The position numbers were made by a program, and so were the translations under genes. Source: Felis catus (lineage: Eukaryota). From it: 64,000 nt of DNA. Where the stretch lies: the NCBI RefSeq assembly GCF_018350175.1, contig NC_058368.1, positions 67,830,001 through 67,894,000 of the forward strand, read 5' to 3'. Below the pieces are notes generated by a model. That model was given only the letters and a program-made list of their open reading frames with translations, did not search any database and was not told where the DNA came from. Of the stretch, positions 1 to 11,121 are shown piece by piece. Positions within the stretch are counted from its first letter, which is position 1. Every line of letters begins with the position of its first letter.

Positions 1-40
1 AAATTATGATAACCTATATAAAAAATCTAAATGTACCAAG

Positions 41-41
<1 letters not shown>

Positions 42-82
<41 letters not shown>
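42..82. repeat. (TG)n microsatellite, ~20 units
   Basis: Directly visible perfect dinucleotide run. Confidence 0.98.
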
Positions 83-83
<1 letters not shown>

Positions 84-248
84 CACAAGGGAAACTTGAG
101 TGGAGAAGTGTGGGTAGCAAATCTATCACCATTTCCTTTTGGCATGATGGTTAATGGCTTGAACATATTTCTAAGTAGATGCCTCACGGTCACTGAAGAT
201 GTCCATCAATAGGAAAAAATCCAGTTAATATTATTTTTTAAAAATCAC

Positions 249-425
249 TGTATTAGTTTCCTAGGGCTGCTGTAAGTACCACAAATTGTCCTAAAAACAC
301 CAGATATATAGTCTCATAGTTCTTGAGGTCAGAAGTCTGAAATCACGGTGTCCACAGAGCCATGCTTCCTCTGAAATCTATGGGAGAAAATTGAATCCTT
401 CTTTGCCATTTCCCCATCAGCTGGG
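249..425 (-). mobile_element. MaLR LTR fragment (MLT1 family)
   Basis: Starts tgtattagtttcctagggctgctgtaa...accacaaa...gtctcatagttct...agaagtctgaaatcacggtgtc, the typical reverse-complemented MLT1 3' end. Confidence 0.75.
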
Positions 426-861
426 CTGAAGTTTGTGTGCCTATTGGGAGGTGTGTTGTACTTCCTCTAAAAATGGTTAGAAAACAAAGAAATTGGCTCA
501 GTTTCTGGGACATAGAGTTTATCTGATTAACCCAATGTTCTGTATGCAGATCCATCAAAAGCAAGCAAAGTGTTTGAGAATTGTATCATATTTACATAAA
601 AGTGATTTCAACCATTAAAACTGCCAGGATGAAAAATTCTATTTTAAATTTTAGTAAGTTACATAGGCTAAACTTTCAAAAAGTAATGATAGGCTAAGCT
701 TTGCAAATGTAAACTTTAAAAATGCTGACTTTTATTAATTATGAAATATCATTTGAGGAATTTCCAACCCCAATATGTATACCAAATACACTTGACAAAT
801 GTCTGTTTCTAAGTTGCTTTTCATCAGTATTAGTTACTACACAATATTGCCATGGTAAGGG

Positions 862-1090
862 CTGCAGTAATATAAGGTTGGATAGTTAGTGGCGAGGGAC
901 ATAGGTCCTGGGTTTACATTTCTGTCCATCACCTGCTGACTGGCTTGGCCAGGTGGTTAGCTGTTTTAACCCATATTTTCTCAATTATAAAGTGGGGTGG
1001 CTAATACCACGTCAAAGGTTTATTTGGACAGTATAATGATCTAAAACACTCAGCACATCATCTGGTACTTAGTAGTTTTTCAGTGAATGG
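862..1090 (+). mobile_element. MIR SINE (ancient, degraded)
   Basis: cctgggtttacat...ttttctcaattataaagtgggg...cactcagcacatcatctggtacttagtag resembles the MIR core and tail. Confidence 0.55.
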
Positions 1091-1233
1091 AGAGGATTAA
1101 TGATAATGTTAACATTAAACAATGTCAGATAATTTGAGATTTAGTGTAAGCATCAGTTTTAGAGGGGAAGAATTCTCCGCTTTATTTGAATTCACTGAAT
1201 TGTTTCCATAATGCATTAAAAGGTTGTGGGGGA

Positions 1234-1452
1234 CAGGCATGTGGGTGGCTCAGTTGGTTGAGCATCCTACTCTTGATTTTGGCTCAGGTCATGATCCCAG
1301 GGTCATGGAATGAAGCCCCATGTCAGGCTCTGTGCTGAGTGTGGAGCCTGCTTAAGATTCTCTCTGCCCTTCTCCCCTGCTTGTATGCTCTCTTTCTCTC
1401 TCAAATAAATAAATAAATAAATGAATGAATGAATAAATAAATAAATAAAATT
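1234..1452 (+). mobile_element. CanSINE/SINEC (tRNA-derived carnivore SINE)
   Basis: gggtggctcagttggttgagcat...ggctcaggtcatgatc head, CT-rich region, (AAAT)n tail; 15 bp TSD aaaggttgtggggga at 1219-1233 and 1453-1467. Confidence 0.95.
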
Positions 1453-1809
1453 AAAGGTTGTGGGGGATAGGAAATAAGATGCTTTGTCTTTCATTGGCTG
1501 GTGTGCCATGTTTGGGAAATAAACCCTTTATTTTCATTTCAAAAGATAAGTATAATTATAACAGGTAAGTTTCAGTGAAAGTAAAGACTTTTTAATCCTC
1601 TAAATTGTCCCTCAAACACTGTCAGAACTTGGTAAAGTGTTCCTAAAATATTTTAATTTTCATTTATTAGTGACTGTGATTTTACTCTTCAGCTTAGTGT
1701 AACATCAGCAGAATGTCAAGGATCCTTCTAATGTTCTTACTTTTACTATTAAATAATTTTATGAGTAGAAGAGATGGCTTCATACAAATCAGTGAAAAAG
1801 AAATGAGGG

Positions 1810-2480
1810 TTCTAACAGATGAATAGGTAAAGATAATGAATGGGTAACTCACAAAGGAAGAGTGAAACTAGGAAATAACCATGACAGGAAAAATGTTCTC
1901 TGTAATAAGAGAAGTGAAATTAATGCAGCAAATTGTCTATTGCTTCTTGTGGTAGGAAAACTTTTTGCTACAGAGAAAGGGGTCTGAGATTACTGGTGAC
2001 CGTAAAATGTGGAGGCAATTTTAGAATATGTATCAAGAGCCTTATAAATACTTAGACCTATAGACCCCCAAGTTTACCTTTGGAAATTAAATCTAAGGAA
2101 ATAATACAAAAGATAGAAAAAGGTAGGTGTAGGAAATGTCCATCGCAATGTTGTTTAAAATTATGACTAGAAGCAATGTTAATGTCCATCACCATGGGAA
2201 TGGTTAAATTAGTTTTTCAGTTATATATTGTGTAATCAACACACATGTATTACTTACATATGTGTACCAACAGAAGTGCTAATTGAGAAAGACAGAATAG
2301 GAAATTATGTGTATACCATAATTAAAGTTATATTAAAATATGCATGGAAAAAAACCTTGAAGGAATAGTAGTGATTATTACCTAATAGAGGTGATATCAT
2401 AAACCTTTTCCCCTTTGTACAATCTCCAGATTTTCTTTGCTATTGTTAAATTTTATACAAAATCTTTTATGAAATAAAAA
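1810..2480 (+). mobile_element. Old L1 (L1M/L1ME-class) ORF2 end and 3' UTR relic
   Basis: Degenerate L1 motifs (cctatagaccccc...aaggaaataata...aatgtccatca...gggaatggttaaatt) ending in an A-rich tail. Confidence 0.6.
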
Positions 2481-3061
2481 AAAAGAGACTGTCTCCTCAT
2501 TGAGATTTACTATTGGGCAAATATATTCTTGTCTTGTGGACAAGTTTATCTTGGCTTCCAGGGCAGAAATTGAATACTTAAATAGGTATTAATTAGCCCT
2601 AGATTCAGTACAAGGGGAGCATGAAGGTGTCGGAGGTTAATACAAATTTTGATTGGGATAATTTATACAATGAAAATTCATGTCCATGCTATTCTGGCCA
2701 GTTTTTCTTTAAAAAAAGGTTAGAGATTTTTTTGTTAAAGACTAAGAATGACAGTAGTTTTTAATAATGAAAAACTGATAATAGAAAAAAGATTTCTGTA
2801 TCTACCAAGTACTTCTGTCTTCCATGGTCAACAACATAAGTACAGTTAGTTTATCATGGTCTGTAATTTATCATACTATTTTTCTGTCAGAATACATGAA
2901 TCTTAGGATTCTGTTTAATCTTCTAAAACTGTTTCCCTGAATACTTAGAGAGGAATTGTAAACACGCTACATTGTTTGGTGAATAAGTCAGAGTCATGGA
3001 AACTTATTTTTAAGCTTACCAAAGACCTCCTTTTAGCCAAACCCCAAAGTTACTTTTTCAG

Positions 3062-3425
3062 TGACTTACCACTGAAAATTTTTGTCCCTTATGGCAAAAT
3101 TCATAAGTTGGAGCTCAACTCCTGCTGTGGCTGTATTTGCAGATGGGAGCTCTAAGGAAGTAACTGAGATTAAATGAGGTCATAGAGCGGGCCCATCATC
3201 TGATATTATTAGTGTCCTTTTAAAGGAAGACACAAGACAGCTCATATCCTCCCTCCCTGCGTTCACACACTGATTTCCTCTCTTTGGTGACAGCTCTCCA
3301 AACATCAACCTTGCTGGCACCCTTGATCTTGGATGTTCAGCCTCTAGATTGTGAGAAAGTAAATTTGTTGTTTAAGCCACCTAGTCTGTGGTATTTTGTT
3401 ATAGCAGTCTGAGTTGACTAAGACA
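3062..3425 (+). mobile_element. MaLR solo LTR (MLT1A-like)
   Basis: ttaaatgaggtcatagagcgggccc...cttgatcttgga...cagcctctagattgtgagaaagtaaatttgttgtttaagccacctagtctgtggtattttgttatagcag...gactaagaca. Confidence 0.85.
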
Positions 3426-3569
3426 GGGACCTTTGAGAGCATCAGGCACATCTTTTCTCCTTTCCTTAAACATGTCTTCTCTTCAGCTTCCACAAAGTCC
3501 AATTCTTGTGATTTTCCTTTTATTTTTCTCTTCTCACAATATGGACTCTTCTAACAGTCTGTGAAATAT

Positions 3570-3810
3570 CTAATATTTATTGAACTTTATCATAGAGGCA
3601 GTACTGCTCTAAGCACTCTACAGGTATTATCTCACTGTAGAATCGCAGAAGCTCTTTGAGATAGGGAGGGTCATTTCCCCCATTTTACATGTGGGTAAAC
3701 TGAGGCACAGAGAGTTTAAGTGACTTGCCCAAGTCACATAATAAATGGCAGACCTTGCATTGAAACCCAGCAGCCTGGTTTCATAGCACGGGTGCTTTAC
3801 AACTGTGCCC
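3570..3810 (-). mobile_element. MIR SINE
   Basis: cccattttacatgtgggtaaactgaggcacagagagtttaagtgacttgcccaagtcaca is the MIR core on the reverse strand. Confidence 0.85.
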
Positions 3811-4713
3811 TTTTGTTTCTCAGAGTGATCCTCCGTGCAAACAGTGACTGAAAACCCAAAGGTGGCCCAGTGAAGACAGTCATTGCTATGAGAAATCCAA
3901 AGAAGGAAAGATTCACTGCTCTCTGATTAAGTGGCAGGATAGGAGGCGATGTTTCAGAACACCCAGAAGACCAACTGGTCTTGAATATGACTTATCACAA
4001 CTGAATTTCAGAATAGTAGAGCCAAGTTCTGGGTGATAGTCTCAGGCAAGATCCTGCTGTTTTAGGGCAGTGTTGGCCATGTTGAGACAGCAGTGTTGGC
4101 TTTGAGGATAGATTTAGTCTGCTCCCCTAACTGGGAGATGTTGGGTTTATTTCTGAACTTCAGGTGCTGAACTTTCATTTCCTTATCTGTAATGTGACAA
4201 TACTGCTCTGCCTCATATATAACTCATTCAGTGATTAAATGAAAAAAAAAAAAAAAGGATGAAGGCTCTTAGCATGGTGCACAGCAGAAATGCAGGCAGA
4301 GTATGGGTTTGCTGTTCCCTTATGGGGACAATGGTGATTGACCAGGAACCACATGCCAGGGAGCAGAAGCAGAAACCTTCAGGCAAGTCCGTTTTTCCTG
4401 AGAAAATTACTTCAGGTCATTCCAACATATGGCAAGGGCCTACCATTTATTATCTGAGTAACCTTGGGCGATTACTAACCCTCTCTGAACCTCAGTTTAT
4501 TGATCTGTTAAACAAGAATAATGACATTTACTCTGATGAAGATTAAAGTGTGATAATGTTTTTAAGTGCTAACCTGCTTTCTCATTTCTTTAGTATTTGA
4601 TGCCATTTGGTAAATGTTAGTTATTGGTGGAAAACATCTTTGGCAATGACTTTTCCAGTGTTCACTTTCATGGCCATCTTGCTTTGGACTCAGTTTCTTC
4701 TTCCTGCTATTCA

Positions 4714-4794
4714 ACTCCCAAAGTTTAGATATTTTGGGATATTTGACTCCCAAAGTTTAGATATTTTGGGATATTTTAACTCCCAAAGTTTAGA
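4714..4794. repeat. 2.5-copy tandem repeat, 32-33 bp unit
   Basis: actcccaaagtttagatattttgggatatttg / same unit ending ...tatttta / actcccaaagtttaga. Confidence 0.95.
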
Positions 4795-5329
4795 AGTTAG
4801 GGGTAGTTTATCAGAGAAATTGTATCCTGAAAAATAAGAAAGGGAAAAATAGTTTTATAAAACAAAATGTAGGCTGGCAGGAAGAGATATTTCTATTGGC
4901 TTAAAATGAAACAAACTGAGTAGGCATAGGGCATCAGCACTGACATTTCAGAAAGCAGTGAAGTATTTGCCCAGGGACCTGTGAGATAATTTGTCATTTT
5001 GGACTTTTAAAGTAGGATTTAAGAAAGCAGTAGTAAGCAGTTGGCTGACTTGGGAAACTGATAGGTGCTCTCAAGAGAATGAATCTGTTTTCTTTGTTAG
5101 GTGGAGGCAACCTCCAGATATGAACCTTAAAGAGTTGTATTTTTTTGACAATGTGTTTATATTAGGAGGAAAAATTAAAATAAAAAAATTAAAATGTTAA
5201 CTCTTGTTTTTGTGTTGTGTATATCTTACATAATGGATTATTAGTATTCAAAAGGATTCGAAAAAATCACCTAGCATAAACCCTTACCTCTGAACAAGAT
5301 TGTATATAAACCTGACCAGACAGATGGAT

Positions 5330-6560
5330 CAGTTCAATAAAACAGACATTTTGAAGACCTGCTATGAACCAGGCACTTGTTCAGTGTTACATGAGATACA
5401 GTGGGGACTATATAACCCAGTCCCTTTCTTTTTACGAACAATGAAGACAAGAACAGGATTGGAGAGGGACAGAACCATACAGAGTTACCATGGTAACTTT
5501 ATCAGTGAGGTAAATGCTATAAATTACTGGTGTATACAGTGTTTTGGGACCATTGAGGAAGAACTGAATATTCTCAGGAAGAGTAGAGAAAGCTTCACAA
5601 AGAATGTGACACTCTAGTAGAGATCTGAAGGTGAAGGGCTAGATCAAGTGAAGGAAACAGTATGTATAAAGGCATGAAAGCCAAGGGCCATCTGAGTAAG
5701 GACTCTGGTGCACCTGGGTGATGGCTTGGCTGAGTTCCAGGAGGGAAGGGAGGTGAGGCTGCAGAATAAATTTGGGAAGGGATTTCAAAATGACTAGGTG
5801 ATTTTCGTTTGGGAAATGAAATGGGTCTAAGGGCAAAAAAGGTATGGATTTGAGGAGAGAAACATGGCTTTGAGTATTTTGATGTCGAGCCTCCTGGGAG
5901 TATATTGGGAAGAGTAGAGCGAAAAGAAAAAATGAGAAGCTTGAACCTTTGGAGGAAAGGACCAAGGAAGAGACCTGTGCATAGGACAGTGAAAGAAGGA
6001 AGGCTCGGAGAGGAACAGTCATAGAGGTAGGGAGAGAACCAGGAAGGGTTAGTGTTGATGAGTTCCGTAGGGCACATTGGAGCAGGAGGAGACAATATTA
6101 ACACAAGCTAGGGAGAGATTAAGTAGGGTGAGAACGGAGAGACCAGTAATTGGGGGGAGGGGGTCACTGGGGCTATTGCTGAGAATGATTTTAGAGAAGG
6201 GACAGCTAAGCCAGGCTAGTTTGAGATGACGAGTGGGTGGGAGGTGAGAGAGTATGGGCAGAACCTGTCACTTTGTTAATCCTTTTGCCAGGGAAGAGAA
6301 GTGGAAGAAGGGGAAGAGAGCCCCGGGAAGTGTGGCCTCTGTGTAGATACAGGAGACCCCAACTTGCTTGTGTTTGGTGTAAGAGCTGAAGCCAGGAGGC
6401 AGGGAGCAGAGATAAGATTTCCAGAGGAAGTTCCCTGAGGAGAGGACAGGCTGGGGTGAAGAGCAAGAATGAAAGGATTATTCTTGAAGATGCAGGACCC
6501 TGTTTCCTCTAAGACGGGAAGGAAAGGCACAGGGATCAATGAAGGTGAAAAGGAGAGTGG
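5330..6560 (-). mobile_element. L2 LINE relic
   Basis: gaagacctgctatgaaccaggcact (reverse of the L2 3' end) followed by purine-rich L2 body motifs. Confidence 0.6.
5484..5497. promoter_or_regulatory. RFX X-box motif match (perfect palindrome GTTACCATGGTAAC)
   Basis: Matches GTNRCCNNRGYAAC on both strands; part of the 16 bp palindrome 5483-5498; function not shown. Confidence 0.35.
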
Positions 6561-6583
6561 GCTGCATGAATGTGCTAGTTTCT

Positions 6584-6861
6584 TTTTTAACAATGTATTT
6601 TTAACAATTTTTATTTTTTAAAATGTTCATTTATTTTTGAAAGAGAGAAAGAGGGAGAGAGAGAGAGAGAGAGCACAAGAGAGAGTGTACATGCACACAG
6701 GGGATGGGCAGAGAGAGAGGGAATCCCAAACAGGCTCTCCCCTGACACGAGGCTTGAACCCACAAACCTGTGAGATCATGACCTGACCTGAGCCAAAATC
6801 AAGAGTCGGATGCTTTAAATCACGAGCTGAACACTTAACCAACCGACCCACCCAGGCACCC
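6584..6861 (-). mobile_element. SINEC with internal rearrangement
   Basis: Poly-T tail, GA-rich region, gagatcatgacctga...cccaggcaccc; TSD atgaatgt(g/t)ctagtttct at 6566-6583 and 6862-6879. Confidence 0.93.
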
Positions 6862-6924
6862 ATGAATGTTCTAGTTTCTAAACTCTCATTCCCCAGTGCT
6901 AGCATTTGCTTTGCTTTGCCTTGC

Positions 6925-7010
6925 TTTTATTTTATTTTATTTTATTTTATTTTATTTTATTTTATTTTATTTTATTTTATCTTATTTTATCATTATTTTA
7001 TTATTTTATT
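6925..7010. repeat. (TTTTA)n pentanucleotide repeat
   Basis: Directly visible. Confidence 0.95.
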
Positions 7011-7375
7011 TCATTTTCTTGGAATTATTTAGGCTTTAATTTGTGTTTTAAAGGAAATGGAGGTACTATACTAATCATTGCAAGTTTGTAGAAACAGATC
7101 ATTGTCTCTAACTCTAGCACATGCTGATCAGGAAATGGTTTTCTGAAGGGGAGAATTCCTGGCCACATCTTCCCAACATGTTTCTCATATAATCAGTCTG
7201 TGATCAGAATTGGGGAATTACGTGAAGGACTGACTGGTGTTTATGTTTTATACTGCAACTTGTAATAATAATAATAATAATCTTAGGAGTCATTAGATGC
7301 ATATTCTATGCAAAATAAAAAGAAAATAATACATTTTTAAGGAAGCAAAACCTGTAGATAATTAAGATCTAAGTG

Positions 7376-7440
7376 TTAGGTTGAACTATTCGACCATTTT
7401 TAGCCCACAAAAATAGCAATTTCATACAATTCAACATGAT
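7376..7440. mobile_element. MADE2-like mariner MITE
   Basis: ttaggttgaac...tattcgaccatttttagcccacaaaaatagcaatttcatacaattcaacatga resembles MADE2 with degenerate terminal inverted repeats. Confidence 0.7.
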
Positions 7441-7514
7441 GATAATGTCAAACTTATGAGGATATCTGACCAGATGCATTCTTCCAGTGGACACTAATGC
7501 AAACCAGCGTCCAT

Positions 7515-7752
7515 AGTAGGGAGGCGCCAGGACCGTGGCACCAGAAAGGACTAGGAGCTATTCCTATCCCCTTCTCTATTAGCTGCGTGACCTTGGACGT
7601 ATTATTTCATATCTCTGAGCTCCAGTTCTCATTTTTTAAAAGCAGTAATGATAGTGCTTGATTCATAGTATTTTTTATGAGTAAAGGAGATAATTTATGT
7701 AGCTCTTAGCAACATGCGTGGCATATAGTAAACACTCAATAAATAGCTAATG
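7515..7752 (+). mobile_element. MIR SINE
   Basis: tattagctgcgtgaccttggac...tctctgagctccagttctcatt...cttagcaacatgcgtggcatatagtaaacactcaataaatagcta. Confidence 0.8.
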
Positions 7753-8774
7753 AAATGAATAATAAGAGCAATAATAACTTAAAACCTATGTGATTATGTG
7801 AGGTTTTAGTAGAAGCATCTTGTTTGTAGAGTAGAGGACGTTGCATGTAATGAAAATGCTGAATTGGTAGAAATTAACATACATTAAATCTGGTGATGTT
7901 TGTAGCTTTTTAAAGTTCTGCCAAACAGGTTAAATTAATAGGGTTGCCCTGGACGCCTAGAAATGATTGTGTTGTGCTGACCAGTGTGTGGCTGACTACT
8001 TTGTTATGATATTAGTTATTTTCTGGAAGCTCTTAGTATTGAGTGAATGGATGAAACAGAACTCTGAGGGTTATTTAAAGATTGGGTTTATTCACTGTGC
8101 TATTGTGAGGGTTATTTCCTTTATGTAAAGAGCTCCAGGTTGTCCCATTCATATATTTCTGACCATGGATGCTTCCTATTATATAGGAGTAAAAAGAAAG
8201 GTGGTGATTTATTTCAAGAAGACCTAAATTCTGCTACCAAGTTCCCTTCCCCTGTGACCATGAGTTCGTCTAACTTCCATTTACTCTTGTTTATCTATTG
8301 GAAATGAGAATAATAACAGCTTTCCTTACTGCTTGAGGCTGTTCTGAGGACAAATAAGGGAAAATGTGGTATTTAAGCATTTATGTAGCCAACACACTTT
8401 TATTTATTCTCGGATAAACACTCTATCTGGTTTCTGCTCTCGGAGGGGATATAATCCAGTGGTGTAGACGGATACACAGGCAGTTGCACTTTTGAATAGT
8501 AAATACAATGAAAGAGGCATGCAGGCATGCAAGAGAGCCCGAGGACTGAGCCATCAGGGGGCTTTTTAGAAGGGGAGGAGTACTTGAGGCTGATACAGGT
8601 TCAGAATGTCAAGAGGAAATTTCCTTTACCTACAGTCGAAGCTATGATACTGAATTCTAGTTCAAACGTCTTCACTTCTTTTAATTCCTCAGTTCTTGGA
8701 ATTTAATTTTATGAGTATATATTTGCTAAATATATTTGCTAAATAGCATTTCTAGTTACTGGAACAAGGGTCAT

Positions 8775-9460
8775 CTTTTATTTAAAAAAGCTTGTTGAGT
8801 GCCTGTTATATGCTGAACATTGTGCTAGGTGCTGCCTGAAATAGGGAAAGAAATAATGAGGAACCTTTGTTCTCAAGAAGTTGTGGCCTAGTTGGGGATT
8901 CTAATGCATTATTAAGGCAGAATGAGGAAAATATACCAATAGGGGTCTGGGTAATGTCTAATGGAGGCCCAGATCATGAAATGTCCATAACATATGGAAG
9001 GTTTCATAGAGTAGATCGTTGGATTTTCTCTGGATCTTGGCAGATGAGTGGGACATGTAAGTGCAGTGCACATCAGCAAAGGCAGGGAAACATGCAATTG
9101 CATAGATTCTCTGAGTAGTTGGGATGGTTAGAGGGTGGCGATAATGAAGAGATGGAGTGGGGAGGTAGGGTGGAAAAGGAGATGGGGCTAACATTCAGGG
9201 GTTTTACCTTACATGATCCTTGCTATAGAGTTCTTTATTTCTCTTAAGAGTGAAGGATCTAGGAGCACATTTTACTACACATTTTTTTTAATTGAAGTAT
9301 ACTTTAGTTAGAAGAATAACACCAAACCCAGAGATTGGGTTCTTAGCAGAACCATTAAGGATCGCATTGGTTGCCGTGTGACTTGAGACGCTGGGGAGGA
9401 GAGATGAGTTAGGAGGCTATTGTCAAAATCCCCTGAACAGATGATAAAAGACCTTTATCT
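8775..9460 (-). mobile_element. L2 LINE relic (appears to continue at ~10200-10460)
   Basis: ttgttgagtgcctgttatatgctgaacattgtgctaggtgctg (reverse L2 3' end); gagttaggaggctattgtcaaaatcc...gatgataaa body motif. Confidence 0.6.
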
Positions 9461-9469
9461 TTTAAGACT

Positions 9470-10170
9470 GATGGGGAAAGCATATATTGAAATTTTTCCT
9501 TCCCACACAAAACTCAGAGAAATATGTAAAAGAGAAGATTATAAAACCAACAAATCCATTATCTCTGGTAAAAGGAGGAAGTAGATGGGGTAAAGTATAA
9601 GAGTACAAGGGAGAATTTCTCACATAAAAGAGGAAGTCAGTAGGGACTTGCAAAGGGCACCATCATTGAAGAGATCACAGTCACTCCACATACACAGGAA
9701 TTTGCTCCCAAGGAAATAGAGATGATAGAATAGTCTGAAAAAAGACTTTACAATGAGAATATTTAAGATCTTCAGATGATAAATGTCTTCACATTCATAA
9801 GACCTAAATAAGTGTTCCAAGAAATCTTGGAAATAATAAAATTACTAAAACGGAAACATAGCCAATAGGCTAAATAACAGCCTGGAAACAGCTGAATAGC
9901 CAGACACTGATTTGGAAGTTCAACGTAAGGAATTTTCCCAGAATGCTGCAGAGATAAAGATGTGGAAGAAATGATAGGAAATGTAAGAAATGTGGAGGAT
10001 GGATTCATAAATTCCAACATCCATCTAACGGTATGAAAATACAGAAGGTAAAAAAGACAAAAAACAAAAAAAAGAGGAAAAATGGAGTAATGGGAACCTA
10101 AAAGAAGGAACTGAATTGTTGAATCAAATGGTTGAGCATGTGTGAAACTCAGAGCGCTTGTCAAATGTTT
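9470..10170 (+). mobile_element. Old L1M/HAL1 ORF1-region relic
   Basis: A-rich degenerate ORF1-like sequence (aataacagcctggaaacagctgaa...tgatttggaag...tcccagaatgctgcagag...tccaacatccatctaa). Confidence 0.5.
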
Positions 10171-10884
10171 AGATATGGAGTGTGAAGATGGTTGAAAAGG
10201 ATCCTAAGGGAGTAAATAGATATGGGTGGTGCTACTGAATACAGGAAGAAAAAGAAAGTTGTGGGCAAAGAATTTCAGTTTGGTTTTGGACCTCTTGGTT
10301 TGGAAATGCAGGAGAAATCGCTATATGGACCTTTTAATCCAGGACTAGGATTTTATATCTGGAAGCTCAGAGGAGAGGTAGGGAAGAGATCACTGAGGTA
10401 GTACTTGGAGGAATTCAAGTGCATACTACAATGAAAAATGAGATAAGATGTAGTGTGAAGAATTCTCTTTGGCATATTATTGTTGTGCTATGTGGTTTAA
10501 TTTTGTCAAATCAAAGTTGATTGTGATACAAAGAGTTCTGGCCCATTAAAAATTTATCACAGTTCAGATGAAAGGCAACGCATTTTGTTATCTAGCAATT
10601 ATTTTTCATATTTTGTGTTGGGATTGTGTTGTTTAGTTTGTTTGATATGTTAATGAACCATTATGTTTGATTATTATTAATGTTTTTCCATATGAACTGT
10701 AATATGACTTTTTGTCCTACCCCACCCCCTTCCCAAAAGAAATGTATGATAAAATCATCATAGCTGCTAAATTATTCACATAAAAGGTCCCCCATGTAAT
10801 CTGATATTAATATATATAAAACCTTATTTTGAGATCTGCCATCAAACTTCTAATAAGACTGGAATCATCTAGTCACCCATTCTT

Positions 10885-11121
10885 TTTTTTTTTAATTTTT
10901 TTTTAACATTTATTTATTTTTGAGACAGAGAGAGACAGAGCATGAACGGGGGGGGGGGGGGGGGGTCAGAGACAGAGGGAGACACAGAATCCGAAACAGG
11001 CTCCAAGCTCTGAGTGGTCAGCACAGAGCCTGATGCGGGGCTTGAACTCACGGACCGGACCGTGAGATCATGACCTGAGCCGAAGTCGGACGCTCAACCG
11101 ACTGAGCCACCCAGGCGCCCC
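10885..11121 (-). mobile_element. Young felid SINEC (SINEC_Fc-type)
   Basis: Near-consensus with CpGs retained (gagccgaagtcggacgctcaaccgactgagccacccaggcgcccc); TSD gtcacccattctt at 10872-10884 and 11124-11136. Confidence 0.97.

Noticed and set aside
4714..4794. CRISPR-like array (palindromic ~32 bp repeats)
   Set aside because: No unique spacers, only 2.5 units, no cas genes, mammalian context
5595..6104. 169 aa minus-strand ORF
   Set aside because: Lies in an L2 relic, reflects pyrimidine-rich composition, no recognisable domain
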